NCBI GenBank assembly: GCA_964057225.1
Contig: OZ059900.1
Coordinates: 15,624,001 to 15,688,000, forward strand
Direction of reading: 5' to 3'
DNA: 64,000 nt
Source: Auanema rhodensis
Lineage: Eukaryota; Animalia; Nematoda
Shown here: piece by piece, positions 38,974-53,600 of the stretch
Layout of the letters: each line of letters starts with the position of its first letter
Numbering within the stretch: position 1 is the stretch's first letter
Made by a program: the position numbers and the translations under genes
Notes under the pieces: generated by a model
What the model was told of the DNA's origin: nothing
Database searches by the model: none
Seen by the model: only the letters and a program-made list of their open reading frames with translations

Positions 38974-41900
38974 ACACATGAAATCGTAAGTCAAAACCTT
39001 GTTTACAGCGAAATTTCCAAAAACTGGTTTTCCAGCATAATAAAATATTTCTCATGGGAAATACTGTGTTTTTGTATTTTTCTAGTATTCAGCATGTAAA
39101 ATGCTTCATTTTAGTATGTAACACGCTGAAATTCGTTGCATTTGACGACTCATATGAACAAAAATCGATTTAATCAATATTAGCCATAAGGGGCGTGCCC
39201 TCAGAATATGCTAATTTCCTTAATTTTCTAACCCCTGTTTTTTTGTCGTGAAAGTGGAACTAGACGTTGTACGAACAATTTTGAGCTAGGTTTCATTGAC
39301 ATTGCATGAGTTTGAACACATGAAATCGTAAGTCAAAACCTTGTTTACAGCGAAATTTCCAAAAACTGGTTTTCCAGCATAATAAAATATTTCTCATGGA
39401 AAATACTGTGTTTTTGTATTTTTCTAGTGTTCAGCATGTAAAATGCTTCATTTTAGTATGTAACACGCTGAAATTCGTTGCATTTGACGACTCATATGAA
39501 CAAAAATCGATTTAATCAATATTAGCCATAAGGGGCGTGCCCTCAGAATATGCTAATTTCCTTAATTTTCTAACCCCTGTTTTTTTGTCGTGAAAGTGGG
39601 ACTAGACGTTGTACGAACAATTTTGAGCTAGGTTTCATTGACATTGCATGAGTTTGAACACATGAAATCGTAAGTCAAAACCTTGTTTACAGCGAAATTT
39701 CCAAAAACTGGTTTTCCAGCATAATAAAATATTTCTCATGGAAAATACTGTGTTTTTGTATTTTTCTAGTGTTCAGCATGTAAAATGCTTCATTTTAGTA
39801 TGTAACACGCTGAAATTCGTTGCATTTGACGACTCATATGAACAAAAATCGATTTAATCAATATTAGCCATAAGGGGCGTGCCCTCAGAATATGCTAATT
39901 CCCTTAATTTTCTAACCCCTGTTTTTTTGTCGTGAAAGTGGAACTAGACGTTGTACGAACAATTTTGAGCTAGGTTTCATTGACATTGCATGAGTTTGAA
40001 CACATGAAATCGTAAGTCAAAACCTTGTTTACAGCGAAATTTCCAAAAACTGGTTTTCCAGCATAATAAAATATTTCTCATGGGAAATACTGTGTTTTTG
40101 TATTTTTCTAGTGTTCAGCATGTGAAATGCTTCATTTTAGTATGTAACACGCTGAAATTCGTTGCATTTGACGACTCATATGAACAAAAATCGATTTAAT
40201 CAATATTAGCCATAAGGGGCGTGCCCTCAGAATATGCTAATTCCCTTAATTTTCTAACTCCTGTTTTTTTGTCGTGAAAGTGGAACTAGACGTTGTACGA
40301 ACAATTTTGAGCTAGGTTTCATTGACATTGCATGAGTTTGAACACATGAAATCGTAAGTCAAAACCTTGTTTACACCGAAATTTCCAAAAACTGGTTTTC
40401 CAGCATAATAAAATATTTCTCATGGGAAATACTGTGTTTTTGTATTTTTCTAGTATTCAGCATGTAAAATGCTTCATTTTAGTATGTAACACGCTGAAAT
40501 TCGTTGCATTTGACGACTCATATGAACAAAAATCGATTTAATCAATATTAGCCATAAGGGGCGTGCCCTCAGAATATGCTAATTTCCTTAATTTTCTAAC
40601 CCCTGTTTTTTTGTCGTGAAAGTGGAACTAGACGTTGTACGAACAATTTTGAGCTAGGTTTCATTGACATTGCATGAGTTTGAACACATGAAATCGTAAG
40701 TCAAAACCTTGTTTACAGCGAAATTTCCAAAAACTGGTTTTCCAGCATAATAAAATATTTCTCATGGAAAATACTGTGTTTTTGTATTTTTCTAGTGTTC
40801 AGCATGTAAAATGCTTCATTTTAGTATGTAACACGCTGAAATTCGTTGCATTTGACGACTCATATGAACAAAAATCGATTTAATCAATATTAGCCATAAG
40901 GGGCGTGCCCTCAGAATATGCTAATTTCCTTAATTTTCTAACCCCTGTTTTTTTGTCGTGAAAGTGGGACTAGACGTTGTACGAACAATTTTGAGCTAGG
41001 TTTCATTGACATTGCATGAGTTTGAACACATGAAATCGTAAGTCAAAACCTTGTTTACAGCGAAATTTCCAAAAACTGGTTTTCCAGCATAATAAAATAT
41101 TTCTCATGGAAAATACTGTGTTTTTGTATTTTTCTAGTGTTCAGCATGTAAAATGCTTCATTTTAGTATGTAACACGCTGAAATTCGTTGCATTTGACGA
41201 CTCATATGAACAAAAATCGATTTAATCAATATTAGCCATAAGGGGCGTGCCCTCAGAATATGCTAATTTCCTTAATTTTCTAACCCCTGTTTTTTTGTCG
41301 TGAAAGTGGAACTAGACGTTGTACGAACAATTTTGAGCTAGGTTTCATTGACATTGCATGAGTTTGAACACATGAAATCGTAAGTCAAAACCTTGTTTAC
41401 AGCGAAATTTCCAAAAACTGGTTTTCCAGCATAATAAAATATTTCTCATGGGAAATACTGTGTTTTTGTATTTTTCTAGTGTTCAGCATGTAAAATGCTT
41501 CATTTTAGTATGTAACACGCTGAAATTCGTTGCATTTGACGACTCATATGAACAAAAATCGATTTAATCAATATTAGCCATAAGGGGCGTGCCCTCAGAA
41601 TATGCTAATTTCCTTAATTTTCTAACCCCTGTTTTTTTGTCGCGAAAGTGGAACTAGACGTTGTACGAACAATTTTGAGCTAGGTTTCATTGACATTGCA
41701 TGAGTTTGAACACATGAAATCGTAAGTCAAAACCTTGTTTACAGCGAAATTTCCAAAAACTGGTTTTCCAGCATAATAAAATATTTCTCATGGGAAATAC
41801 TGTGTTTTTGTATTTTTCTAGTGTTCAGCATGTAAAATGCTTCATTTTAGTATGTAACACGCTGAAATTCGTTGCATTTGACGACTCATATGAACAAAAA

Positions 41901-44900
41901 TCGATTTAATCAATATTAGCCATAAGGGGCGTGCCCTCAGAATATGCTAATTTCCTTAATTTTCTAACCCCTGTTTTTTTGTCGTGAAAGTGGAACTAGA
42001 CGTTGTACGAACAATTTTGAGCTAGGTTTCATTGACATTGCATGAGTTTGAACACATGAAATCGTAAGTCAAAACCTTGTTTACAGCGAAATTTCCAAAA
42101 ACTGGTTTTCCAGCATAATAAAATATTTCTCATGGGAAATACTGTGTTTTTGTATTTTTCTAGTGTTCAGCATGTGAAATGCTTCATTTTAGTATGTAAC
42201 ACGCTGAAATTCGTTGCATTTGACGACTCATATGAACAAAAATCGATTTAATCAATATTAGCCATAAGGGGCGTGCCCTCAGAATATGCTAATTTCCTTA
42301 ATTTTCTATCCCTGTTTTTTTGTCGTGAAAGTGGAACTAGACGTTGTACGAACAATTTTGAGCTAGGTTTCATTGACATTGCATGAGTTTGAACACATGA
42401 AATCGTAAGTCAAAACCTTGTTTACAGCGAAATTTCCAAAAACTGGTTTTCCAGCATAATAAAATATTTCTCATGGGAAATACTGTGTTTTTGTATTTTT
42501 CTAGTGTTCAGCATGTAAAATGCTTCATTTTAGTATGTAACACGCTGAAATTCGTTGCATTTGACGACTCATATGAACAAAAATCGATTTAATCAATATT
42601 AGCCATAAGGGGCGTGCCCTCAGAATATGCTAATTTCCTTAATTTTCTAACCCCTGTTTTTTTGTCGTGAAAGTGGGACTAGACGTTGTACGAACAATTT
42701 TGAGCTAGGTTTCATTGACATTGCATGAGTTTGAACACATGAAATCGTAAGTCAAAACCTTGTTTACAGCGAAATTTCCAAAAACTGGTTTTCCAGCATA
42801 ATAAAATATTTCTCATGGAAAATACTGTGTTTTTGTATTTTTCTAGTGTTCAGCATGTAAAATGCTTCATTTTAGTATGTAACACGCTGAAATTCGTTGC
42901 ATTTGACGACTCATATGAACAAAAATCGATTTAATCAATATTAGCCATAAGGGGCGTGCCCTCAGAATATGCTAATTCCCTTAATTTTCTAACCCCTGTT
43001 TTTTTGTCGTGAAAGTGGAACTAGACGTTGTACGAACAATTTTGAGCTAGGTTTCATTGACATTGCATGAGTTTGAACACATGAAATCGTAAGTCAAAAC
43101 CTTGTTTACAGCGAAATTTCCAAAAACTGGTTTTCCAGCATAATAAAATATTTCTCATGGGAAATACTGTGTTTTTGTATTTTTCTAGTGTTCAGCATGT
43201 AAAATGCTTCATTTTAGTATGTAACACGCTGAAATTCGTTGCATTTGACGACTCATATGAACAAAAATCGATTTAATCAATATTAGCCATAAGGGGCGTG
43301 CCCTCAGAATATGCTAATTCCCTTAATTTTCTAACCCCTGTTTTTTTGTCGTGAAAGTGGAACTAGACGTTGTACGAACAATTTTGAGCTAGGTTTCATT
43401 GACATTGCATGAGTTTGAACACATGAAATCGTAAGTCAAAACCTTGTTTACAGCGAAATTTCCAAAAACTGGTTTTCCAGCATAATAAAATATTTCTCAT
43501 GGGAAATACTGTGTTTTTGTATTTTTCTAGTGTTCAGCATGTAAAATGCTTCATTTTAGTATGTAACACGCTGAAATTCGTTGCATTTGACGACTCATAT
43601 GAACAAAAATCGATTTAATCAATATTAGCTATAAGGGGCGTGCCCTCAGAATATGCTAATTTCCTTAATTTTCTAACTCCTGTTTTTTTGTCGTGAAAGT
43701 GAGACTAGACGTTGTACGAACAATTTTGAGCTAGGTTTCATTGACATTGCATGAGTTTGAACACATGAAATCGTAAGTCAAAACCTTGTTTACAGCGAAA
43801 TTTCCAAAAACTGGTTTTCCAGCATAATAAAATATTTCTCATGGGAAATACTGTGTTTTTGTATTTTTCTAGTATTCAGCATGTAAAATGCTTCATTTTA
43901 GTATGTAACACGCTGAAATTCGTTGCATTTGACGACTCATATGAACAAAAATCGATTTAATCAATATTAGCCATAAGGGGCGTGCCCTCAGAATATGCTA
44001 ATTTCCTTAATTTTCTAACCCCTGTTTTTTTGTCGTGAAAGTGGAACTAGACGTTGTACGAACAATTTTGAGCTAGGTTTCATTGACATTGCATGAGTTT
44101 GAACACATGAAATCGTAAGTCAAAACCTTGTTTACAGCGAAATTTCCAAAAACTGGTTTTCCAGCATAATAAAATATTTCTCATGGAAAATACTGTGTTT
44201 TTGTATTTTTCTAGTGTTCAGCATGTAAAATGCTTCATTTTAGTATGTAACACGCTGAAATTTGTTGCATTTGACGACTCATATGAACAAAAATCGATTT
44301 AATCAATATTAGCCATAAGGGGCGTGCCCTCAGAATATGCTAATTCCCTTAATTTTCTAACCCCTGTTTTTTTGTCGTGAAAGTGGAACTAGACGTTGTA
44401 CAGACAATTTTGAGCTAGGTTTCGTTGACATTGCATGAGTTTGAACACATGAAATCGTAAGTCAAAACCTTGTTTACAGCGAAATTTCCAAAAACTGGTT
44501 TTCCAGCATAATAAAATATTTCTCATGGGAAATACTGTGTTTTTGTATTTTTCTAGTGTTAAGCATGTGAAATGCTTCATTTTAGTATGTAACACGCTGA
44601 AATTCGTTGCATTTGACGACTCATATGAACAAAAATCGATTTAATCAATATTAGCCATAAGGGGCGTGCCCTCAGAATATGCTAATTCCCTTAATTTTCT
44701 AACTCCTGTTTTTTTGTCGTGAAAGTGGAACTAGACGTTGTACGAACAATTTTGAGCTAGGTTTCATTGACATTGCATGAGTTTGAACACATGAAATCGT
44801 AAGTCAAAACCTTGTTTACAGCGAAATTTCCAAAAACTGGTTTTCCAGCATAATAAAATATTTCTCATGGGAAATACTGTGTTTTTGTATTTTTCTAGTG

Positions 44901-47180
44901 TTCAGCATGTAAAATGCTTCATTTTAGTATGTAACACGCTGAAATTCGTTGCATTTGACGACTCATATGAACAAAAATCGATTTAATCAATATTAGCCAT
45001 AAGGGGCGTGCACTCAGAATATGCTAATTTCCTTAATTTTCTAACCCCTGTTTTTTCGTCGTGAAAGTGGAACTAGACGTTGTACGAACAATTTTGAGCT
45101 AGGTTTCATTGACATTGCATGAGTTTGAACACATGAAATCGTAAGTCAAAACCTTGTTTACAGCGAAATTTCCAAAAACTGGTTTTCCAGCATAATAAAA
45201 TATTTCTCATGGAAAATACTGTGTTTTTGTATTTTTCTAGTGTTCAGCATGTAAAATGCTTCATTTTAGTATGTAACACGCTGAAATTCGTTGCATTTGA
45301 CGACTCATATGAACAAAAATCGATTTAATCAATATTAGCCATAAGGGGCGTGCCCTCAGAATATGCTAATTCCCTTAATTTTCTAACCCCTGTTTTTTTG
45401 TCGTGAAAGTGGAACTAGACGTTGTACAGACAATTTTGAGCTAGGTTTCATTGACATTGCATGAGTTTGAACACATGAAATCGTAAGTCAAAACCTTGTT
45501 TACAGCGAAATTTCCAAAAACTGGTTTTCCAGCATAATAAAATATTTCTCATGGGAAATACTGTGTTTTTGTATTTTTCTAGTGTTCAGCATGTAAAATG
45601 CTTCATTTTAGTATGTAACACGCTGAAATTCGTTGCATTTGACGACTCATATGAACAAAAATCGATTTAATCAATATTAGCCATAAGGGGCGTGCCCTCA
45701 GAATATGCTAATTCCCTTAATTTTCTAACCCCTGTTTTTTTGTCGTGAAAGTGGAACTAGACGTTGTACAAACAATTTTGAGCTAGGTTTCATTGACATT
45801 GCATGAGTTTGAACACATGAAATCGTAAGTCAAAACCTTGTTTACAGCGAAATTTATAAAAACTGGTTTTCCAGCATAATAAAATATTTCTCATGGGAAA
45901 TACTGTGTTTTTGTATTTTTCTAGTGTTCAGCATGTGAAATGCTTCATTTTAGTATGTAACACGCTGAAATTCGTTGCATTTGACGACTCATATGAACAA
46001 AAATCGATTTAATCAATATTAGCCATAAGGGGCGTGCCCTCAGAATATGCTAATTCCCTTAATTTTCTAACCCCTGTTTTTTTGTCGTGAAAGTGGAACT
46101 AGACGTTGTACGAACAATTTTGAGCTAGGTTTCATTGACATTGCATGAGTTTGAACACATGAAATCGTAAGTCAAAACCTTGTTTACAGCGAAATTTCCA
46201 AAAACTGGTTTTCCAGCATAATAAAATATTTCTCATGGGAAATACTGTGTTTTTGTATTTTTCTAGTGTTCAGCATGTAAAATGCTTCATTTTAGTATGT
46301 AACACGCTGAAATTCGTTGCATTTGACGACTCATATGAACAAAAATCGATTTAATCAATATTAGCCATAAGGGGCGTGCCCTCAGAATATGCTAATTTCC
46401 TTAATTTTCTAACCCCTGTTTTTTTGTCGTGAAAGTGGGACTAGACGTTGTACGAACAATTTTGAGCTAGGTTTCATTGACATTGCATGAGTTTGAACAC
46501 ATGAAATCGTAAGTCAAAACCTTGTTTACAGCGAAATTTCCAAAAACTGGTTTTCCAGCATAATAAAATATTTCTCATGGGAAATACTGTGTTTTTGTAT
46601 TTTTCTAGTGTTCAGCATGTGAAATGCTTCATTTTAGTATGTAACACGCTGAAATTCGTTGCATTTGACGACTCATATGAACAAAAATCGATTTAATCAA
46701 TATTAGCCATAAGGGGCGTGCCCTCAGAATATGCTAATTCCCTTAATTTTCTAACCCCTGTTTTTTTGTCGTGAAAGTGAAACTAGACGTTGTACAAACA
46801 ATTTTGAGCTAGGTTTCATTGACATTGCATGAGTTTGAACACATGAAATCGTAAGTCAAAACCTTGTTTACAGCGAAATTTCCAAAAACTGGTTTTCCAG
46901 CATAATAAAATATTTCTCATGGGAAATACTGTGTTTTTGTATTTTTCTAGTGTTCAGCATGTAAAATGCTTCATTTTAGTATGTAACACGCTGAAATTCG
47001 TTGCATTTGACGACTCATATGAACAAAAATCGATTTAATCAATATTAGCCATAAGGGGCGTGCCCTCAGAATATGCTAATTTCCTTAATTTTCTAACCCC
47101 TGTTTTTTTGTCGTGAAAGTGGAACTAGACGTTGTACGAACAATTTTGAGCTAGGTTTCATTGACATTGCATGAGTTTGA

Positions 47181-50100
47181 ACACATGAAATCGTAAGTCA
47201 AAACCTTGTTTACAGCGAAATTTCCAAAAACTGGTTTTCCAGCATAATAAAATATTTCTCATGGGAAATACTGTGTTTTTCTATTTTTCTAGTGTTCAGC
47301 ATGTAAAATGCTTCATTTTAGTATGTAACACGCTGAAATTCGTTGCATTTGACGACTCATATGAACAAAAATCGATTTAATCAATATTAGCCATAAGGGG
47401 CGTGCCCTCAGAATATGCTAATTTCCTTAATTTTCTAACTCCTGTTTTTTTGTCGTGAAAGTGGGACTAGACGTTGTACGAACAATTTTGAGCTAGGTTT
47501 CATTGACATTGCATGAGTTTGAACACATGAAATCGTAAGTCAAAACCTTGTTTACAGCGAAATTTCCAAAAACTGGTTTTCCAGCATAATAAAATATTTC
47601 TCATGGGAAATACTGTGTTTTTGTATTTTTCTAGTGTTCAGCATGTAAAATGCTTCATTTTAGTATGTAACACGCTGAAATTCGTTGCATTTGACGACTC
47701 ATATGAACAAAAATCGATTTAATCAATATTAGCCATAAGGGGCGTGCCCTCAGAATATGCTAATTCCCTTAATTTTCTAACCCCTGTTTTTTTGTCGTGA
47801 AAGTGGAACTAGACGTTGTACAAACAATTTTGAGCTAGGTTTCATTGACATTGCATGAGTTTGAACACATGAAATCGTAAGTCAAAACCTTGTTTACAGC
47901 GAAATTTCCAAAAACTGGTTTTCCAGCATAATAAAATATTTCTCATGGGAAATACTGTGTTTTTGTATTTTTCTAGTGTTCAGCATGTAAAATGCTTCAT
48001 TTTAGTATGTAACACGCTGAAATTCGTTGCATTTGACGACTCATATGAACAAAAATCGATTTAATCAATATTAGCCATAAGGGGCGTGCCCTCAGAATAT
48101 GCTAATTTCCTTAATTTTCTAACCCCTGTTTTTTTGTCGTGAAAGTGGGACTAGACGTTGTACGAACAATTTTGAGCTAGGTTTCATTGACATTGCATGA
48201 GTTTGAACACATGAAATCGTAAGTCAAAACCTTGTTTACAGCGAAATTTCCAAAAACTGGTTTTCCAGCATAATAAAATATTTCTCATGGAAAATACTGT
48301 GTTTTTGTATTTTTCTAGTGTTCAGCATGTAAAATGCTTCATTTTAGTATGTAACACGCTGAAATTCGTTGCATTTGACGACTCATATGAACAAAAATCG
48401 ATTTAATCAATATTAGCCATAAGGGGCGTGCCCTCAGAATATGCTAATTTCCTTAATTTTCTAACTCCTGTTTTTTTGTCGTGAAAGTGGAACTAGACGT
48501 TGTACGAACAATTTTGAGCTAGGTTTCATTGACATTGCATGAGTTTGAACACATGAAATCGTAAGTCAAAACCTTGTTTACAGCGAAATTTATAAAAACT
48601 GGTTTTCCAGCATAATAAAATATTTCTCATGGGAAATTCTGTGTTTTTGTATTTTTCTAGTGTTCAGCATGTAAAATGCTTCATTTTAGTATGTAACACG
48701 CTGAAATTCGTTGCATTTGACGACTCATATGAACAAAAATCGATTTAATCAATATTAGCCATAAGGGGCGTGCCCTCAGAATATGCTAATTCCCTTAATT
48801 TTCTAACCCCTGTTTTTTTGTCGTGAAAGTGGAACTAGACGTTGTACGAACAATTTTGAGCTAGGTTTCATTGACATTGCATGAGTTTGAACACATGAAA
48901 TCGTAAGTCAAAACCTTGTTTACAGCGAAATTTCCAAAAACTGGTTTTCCAGCATAATAAAATATTTCTCATGGGAAATACTGTGTTTTTCTATTTTTCT
49001 AGTGTTCAGCATGTAAAATGCTTCATTTTAGTATGTAACACGCTGAAATTCGTTGCATTTGACGACTCATATGAACAAAAATCGATTTAATCAATATTAG
49101 CCATAAGGGGCGTGCCCTCAGAATATGCTAATTTCCTTAATTTTCTAACTCCTGTTTTTTTGTCGTGAAAGTGGGACTAGACGTTGTACGAACAATTTTG
49201 AGCTAGGTTTCATTGACATTGCATGAGTTTGAACACATGAAATCGTAAGTCAAAACCTTGTTTACAGCGAAATTTCCAAAAACTGGTTTTCCAGCATAAT
49301 AAAATATTTCTCATGGGAAATACTGTGTTTTTGTATTTTTCTAGTGTTCAGCATGTAAAATGCTTCATTTTAGTATGTAACACGCTGAAATTCGTTGCAT
49401 TTGACGACTCATATGAACAAAAATCGATTTAATCAATATTAGCCATAAGGGGCGTGCCCTCAGAATATGCTAATTCCCTTAATTTTCTAACCCCTGTTTT
49501 TTTGTCGTGAAAGTGGAACTAGACGTTGTACAAACAATTTTGAGCTAGGTTTCATTGACATTGCATGAGTTTGAACACATGAAATCGTAAGTCAAAACCT
49601 TGTTTACAGCGAAATTTCCAAAAACTGGTTTTCCAGCATAATAAAATATTTCTCATGGGAAATACTGTGTTTTTGTATTTTTCTAGTGTTCAGCATGTAA
49701 AATGCTTCATTTTAGTATGTAACACGCTGAAATTCGTTGCATTTGACGACTCATATGAACAAAAATCGATTTAATCAATATTAGCCATAAGGGGCGTGCC
49801 CTCAGAATATGCTAATTTCCTTAATTTTCTAACCCCTGTTTTTTTGTCGTGAAAATGGGACTAGACGTTGTACGAACAATTTTGAGCTAGGTTTCATTGA
49901 CATTGCATGAGTTTGAACACATGAAATCGTAAGTCAAAACCTTGTTTACAGCGAAATTTCCAAAAACTGGTTTTCCAGCATAATAAAATATTTCTCATGG
50001 AAAATACTGTGTTTTTGTATTTTTCTAGTGTTCAGCATGTAAAATGCTTCATTTTAGTATGTAACACGCTGAAATTCGTTGCATTTGACGACTCATATGA

Positions 50101-50600
50101 ACAAAAATCGATTTAATCAATATTAGCCATAAGGGGCGTGCCCTCAGAATATGCTAATTTCCTTAATTTTCTAACTCCTGTTTTTTTGTCGTGAAAGTGG
50201 AACTAGACGTTGTACGAACAATTTTGAGCTAGGTTTCATTGACATTGCATGAGTTTGAACACATGAAATCGTAAGTCAAAACCTTGTTTACAGCGAAATT
50301 TATAAAAACTGGTTTTCCAGCATAATAAAATATTTCTCATGGGAAATTCTGTGTTTTTGTATTTTTCTAGTGTTCAGCATGTAAAATGCTTCATTTTAGT
50401 ATGTAACACGCTGAAATTCGTTGCATTTGACGACTCATATGAACAAAAATCGATTTAATCAATATTAGCCATAAGGGGCGTGCCCTCAGAATATGCTAAT
50501 TCCCTTAATTTTCTAACCCCTGTTTTTTTGTCGTGAAAGTGGAACTAGACGTTGTACGAACAATTTTGAGCTAGGTTTCATTGACATTGCATGAGTTTGA
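47181..50600 (+). repeat. Tandem 5-monomer duplication (1710 bp x2)
   Basis: TTTCTATT (47281/48991) and TTTATAAAA+AAATTCT (48592/50302) recur at +1710. I saw one new difference, near 49855. Confidence 0.85.
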
Positions 50601-53600
50601 ACACATGAAATCGTAAGTCAAAACCTTGTTTACAGCGAAATTTCCAAAAACTGGTTTTCCAGCATAATAAAATATTTCTCATGGGAAATACTGTGTTTTT
50701 GTATTTTTCTAGTGTTCAGCATGTAAAATGCTTCATTTTAGTATGTAACACGCTGAAATTCGTTGCATTTGACGACTCATATGAACAAAAATCGATTTAA
50801 TCAATATTAGCCATAAGGGGCGTGCCCTCAGAATATGCTAATTTCCTTAATTTTCTAACCCCTGTTTTTTTGTTGTGAAAGTGGAACCAGACGTTGTACG
50901 AACAATTTTGAGCTAGGTTTCATTGACATTGCATGAGTTTGAACACATGAAATCGTAAGTCAAAACCTTGTTTACAGCGAAATTTCCAAAAACTGGTTTT
51001 CCAGCATAATAAAATATTTCTCATGGGAAATACTGTGTTTTTGTATTTTTCTAGTGTTCAGCATGTAAAATGCTTCATTTCAGTATGTAACACGCTGAAA
51101 TTCGTTGCATTTGACGACTCATATGAACAAAAATCGATTTAATCAATATTAGCCATAAGGGGCGTGCCCTCAGAATATGCTAATTTCCTTAATTTTCTAA
51201 CCCCTGTTTTTTTGTCGTGTAAGTGGAACTAGACGTTGTACGAACAATTTTGAGCTAGGTTTCATTGACATTGCATGAGTTTGAACACATGAAATCGTAA
51301 GTCAAAACCTTGTTTACAGCGAAATTTCCAAAAACTGGTTTTCCAGCATAATAAAATATTTCTCATGGGAAATACTGTGTTTTTGTATTTTTCTAGTGTT
51401 CAGCATGTAAAATGCTTCATTTCAGTATGTAACACGCTGAAATTCGTTGCATTTGACGACTCATATGAACAAAAATCGATTTAATCAATATTAGCCATAA
51501 GGGGCGTGCCCTCAGAATATGCTAATTTCCTTAATTTTCTAACCCCTGTTTTTTTGTCGTGTAAGTGGAACTAGACGTTGTACGAACAATTTTGAGCTAG
51601 GTTTCATTGACATTGCATGAGTTTGAACACATGAAATCGTAAGTCAAAACCTTGTTTACAGCGAAATTTCCAAAAACTGGTTTTCCAGCATAATAAAATA
51701 TTTCTCATGGGAAATACTGTGTTTTTGTATTTTTCTAGTGTTCAGCATGTAAAATGCTTCATTTTAGTATGTAACACGCTGAAATTCGTTGCATTTGACG
51801 ACTCATATGAACAAAAATCGATTTAATCAATATTAGCCATAAGGGGCGTGCCCTCAGAATATGCTAATTCCCTTAATTTTCTAACCCCTGTTTTTTTGTC
51901 GTGAAAGTGGAACTAGACGTTGTACAAACAATTTTGAGCTAGGTTTCATTGACATTGCATGAGTTTGAACACATGAAATCGTAAGTCAAAACCTTGTTTA
52001 CAGCGAAATTTCCAAAAACTGGTTTTCCAGCATAATAAAATATTTCTCATGGGAAATACTGTGTTTTTGTATTTTTCTAGTGTTCAGCATGTAAAATGCT
52101 TCATTTTAGTATGTAACACGCTGTAATTCGTTGCATTTGACGACTCATATGAACAAAAATCGATTTAATCAATATTAGCCATAAGGGGCGTGCCCTCAGA
52201 ATATGCTAATTTCCTTAATTTTCTAACCCCTGTTTTTTTGTCGTGAAAGTGGGACTAGACGTTGTACGAACAATTTTGAGCTAGGTTTCATTGACATTGC
52301 ATGAGTTTGAACACATGAAATCGTAAGTCAAAACCTTGTTTACAGCGAAATTACCAAAAACTGGTTTTCCAGCATAATAAAATATTTCTCATGGGAAATA
52401 CTGTGTTTTTGTATTTTTCTAGTGTTCAGCATGTAAAATGCTTCATTTTAGTATGTAACACGCTGAAATTCGTTGCATTTGACGACTCATATGAACAAAA
52501 ATCGATTTAATCAATATTAGCCATAAGGGGCGTGCCCTCAGAATATGCTAATTCCCTTAATTTTCTAACCCCTGTTTTTTTGTCGTGAAAGTGAAACTAG
52601 ACGTTGTACAAACAATTTTGAGCTAGGTTTCATTGACATTGCATGAGTTTGAACACATGAAATCGTAAGTCAAAACCTTGTTTACAGCGAAATTTCCAAA
52701 AACTGGTTTTCCAGCATAATAAAATATTTCTCATGGGAAATACTGTGTTTTTGTATTTTTCTAGTGTTCAGCATGTAAAATGCTTCATTTTAGTATGTAA
52801 CACGCTGAAATTCGTTGCATTTGACGACTCATATGAACAAAAATCGATTTAATCAATATTAGCCATAAGGGGCGTGCCCTCAGAATATGCTAATTTCCTT
52901 AATTTTCTAACCCCTGTTTTTTTGTCGTGAAAGTGGGACTAGACGTTGTACGAACAATTTTGAGCTAGGTTTCATTGACATTGCATGAGTTTGAACACAT
53001 GAAATCGTAAGTCAAAACCTTGTTTACAGCGAAATTTCCAAAAACTGGTTTTCCAGCATAATAAAATATTTCTCATGGGAAATACTGTGTTTTTGTATTT
53101 TTCTAGTGTTCAGCATGTAAAATGCTTCATTTTAGTATGTAACACGCTGAAATTCGTTGCATTTGACGACTCATATGAACAAAAATCGATTTAATCAATA
53201 TTAGCCATAAGGGGCGTGCCCTCAGAATATGCTAATTCCCTTAATTTTCTAACCCCTGTTTTTTTGTCGTGAAAGTGAAACTAGACGTTGTACAAACAAT
53301 TTTGAGCTAGGTTTCATTGACATTGCATGAGTTTGAACACATGAAATCGTAAGTCAAAACCTTGTTTACAGCGAAATTTCCAAAAACTGGTTTTCCAGCA
53401 TAATAAAATATTTCTCATGGGAAATACTGTGTTTTTGTATTTTTCTAGTGTTCAGCATGTAAAATGCTTCATTTTAGTATGTAACACGCTGAAATTCGTT
53501 GCATTTGACGACTCATATGAACAAAAATCGATTTAATCAATATTAGCCATAAGGGGCGTGCCCTCAGAATATGCTAATTTCCTTAATTTTCTAACCCCTG

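Noticed and set aside
44389-44595. 68-aa minus-strand ORF as a protein-coding gene
   Set aside because: It lies wholly in satellite sequence, is closed by stop codons in the other copies, has a GTG start and contains no recognisable domain.
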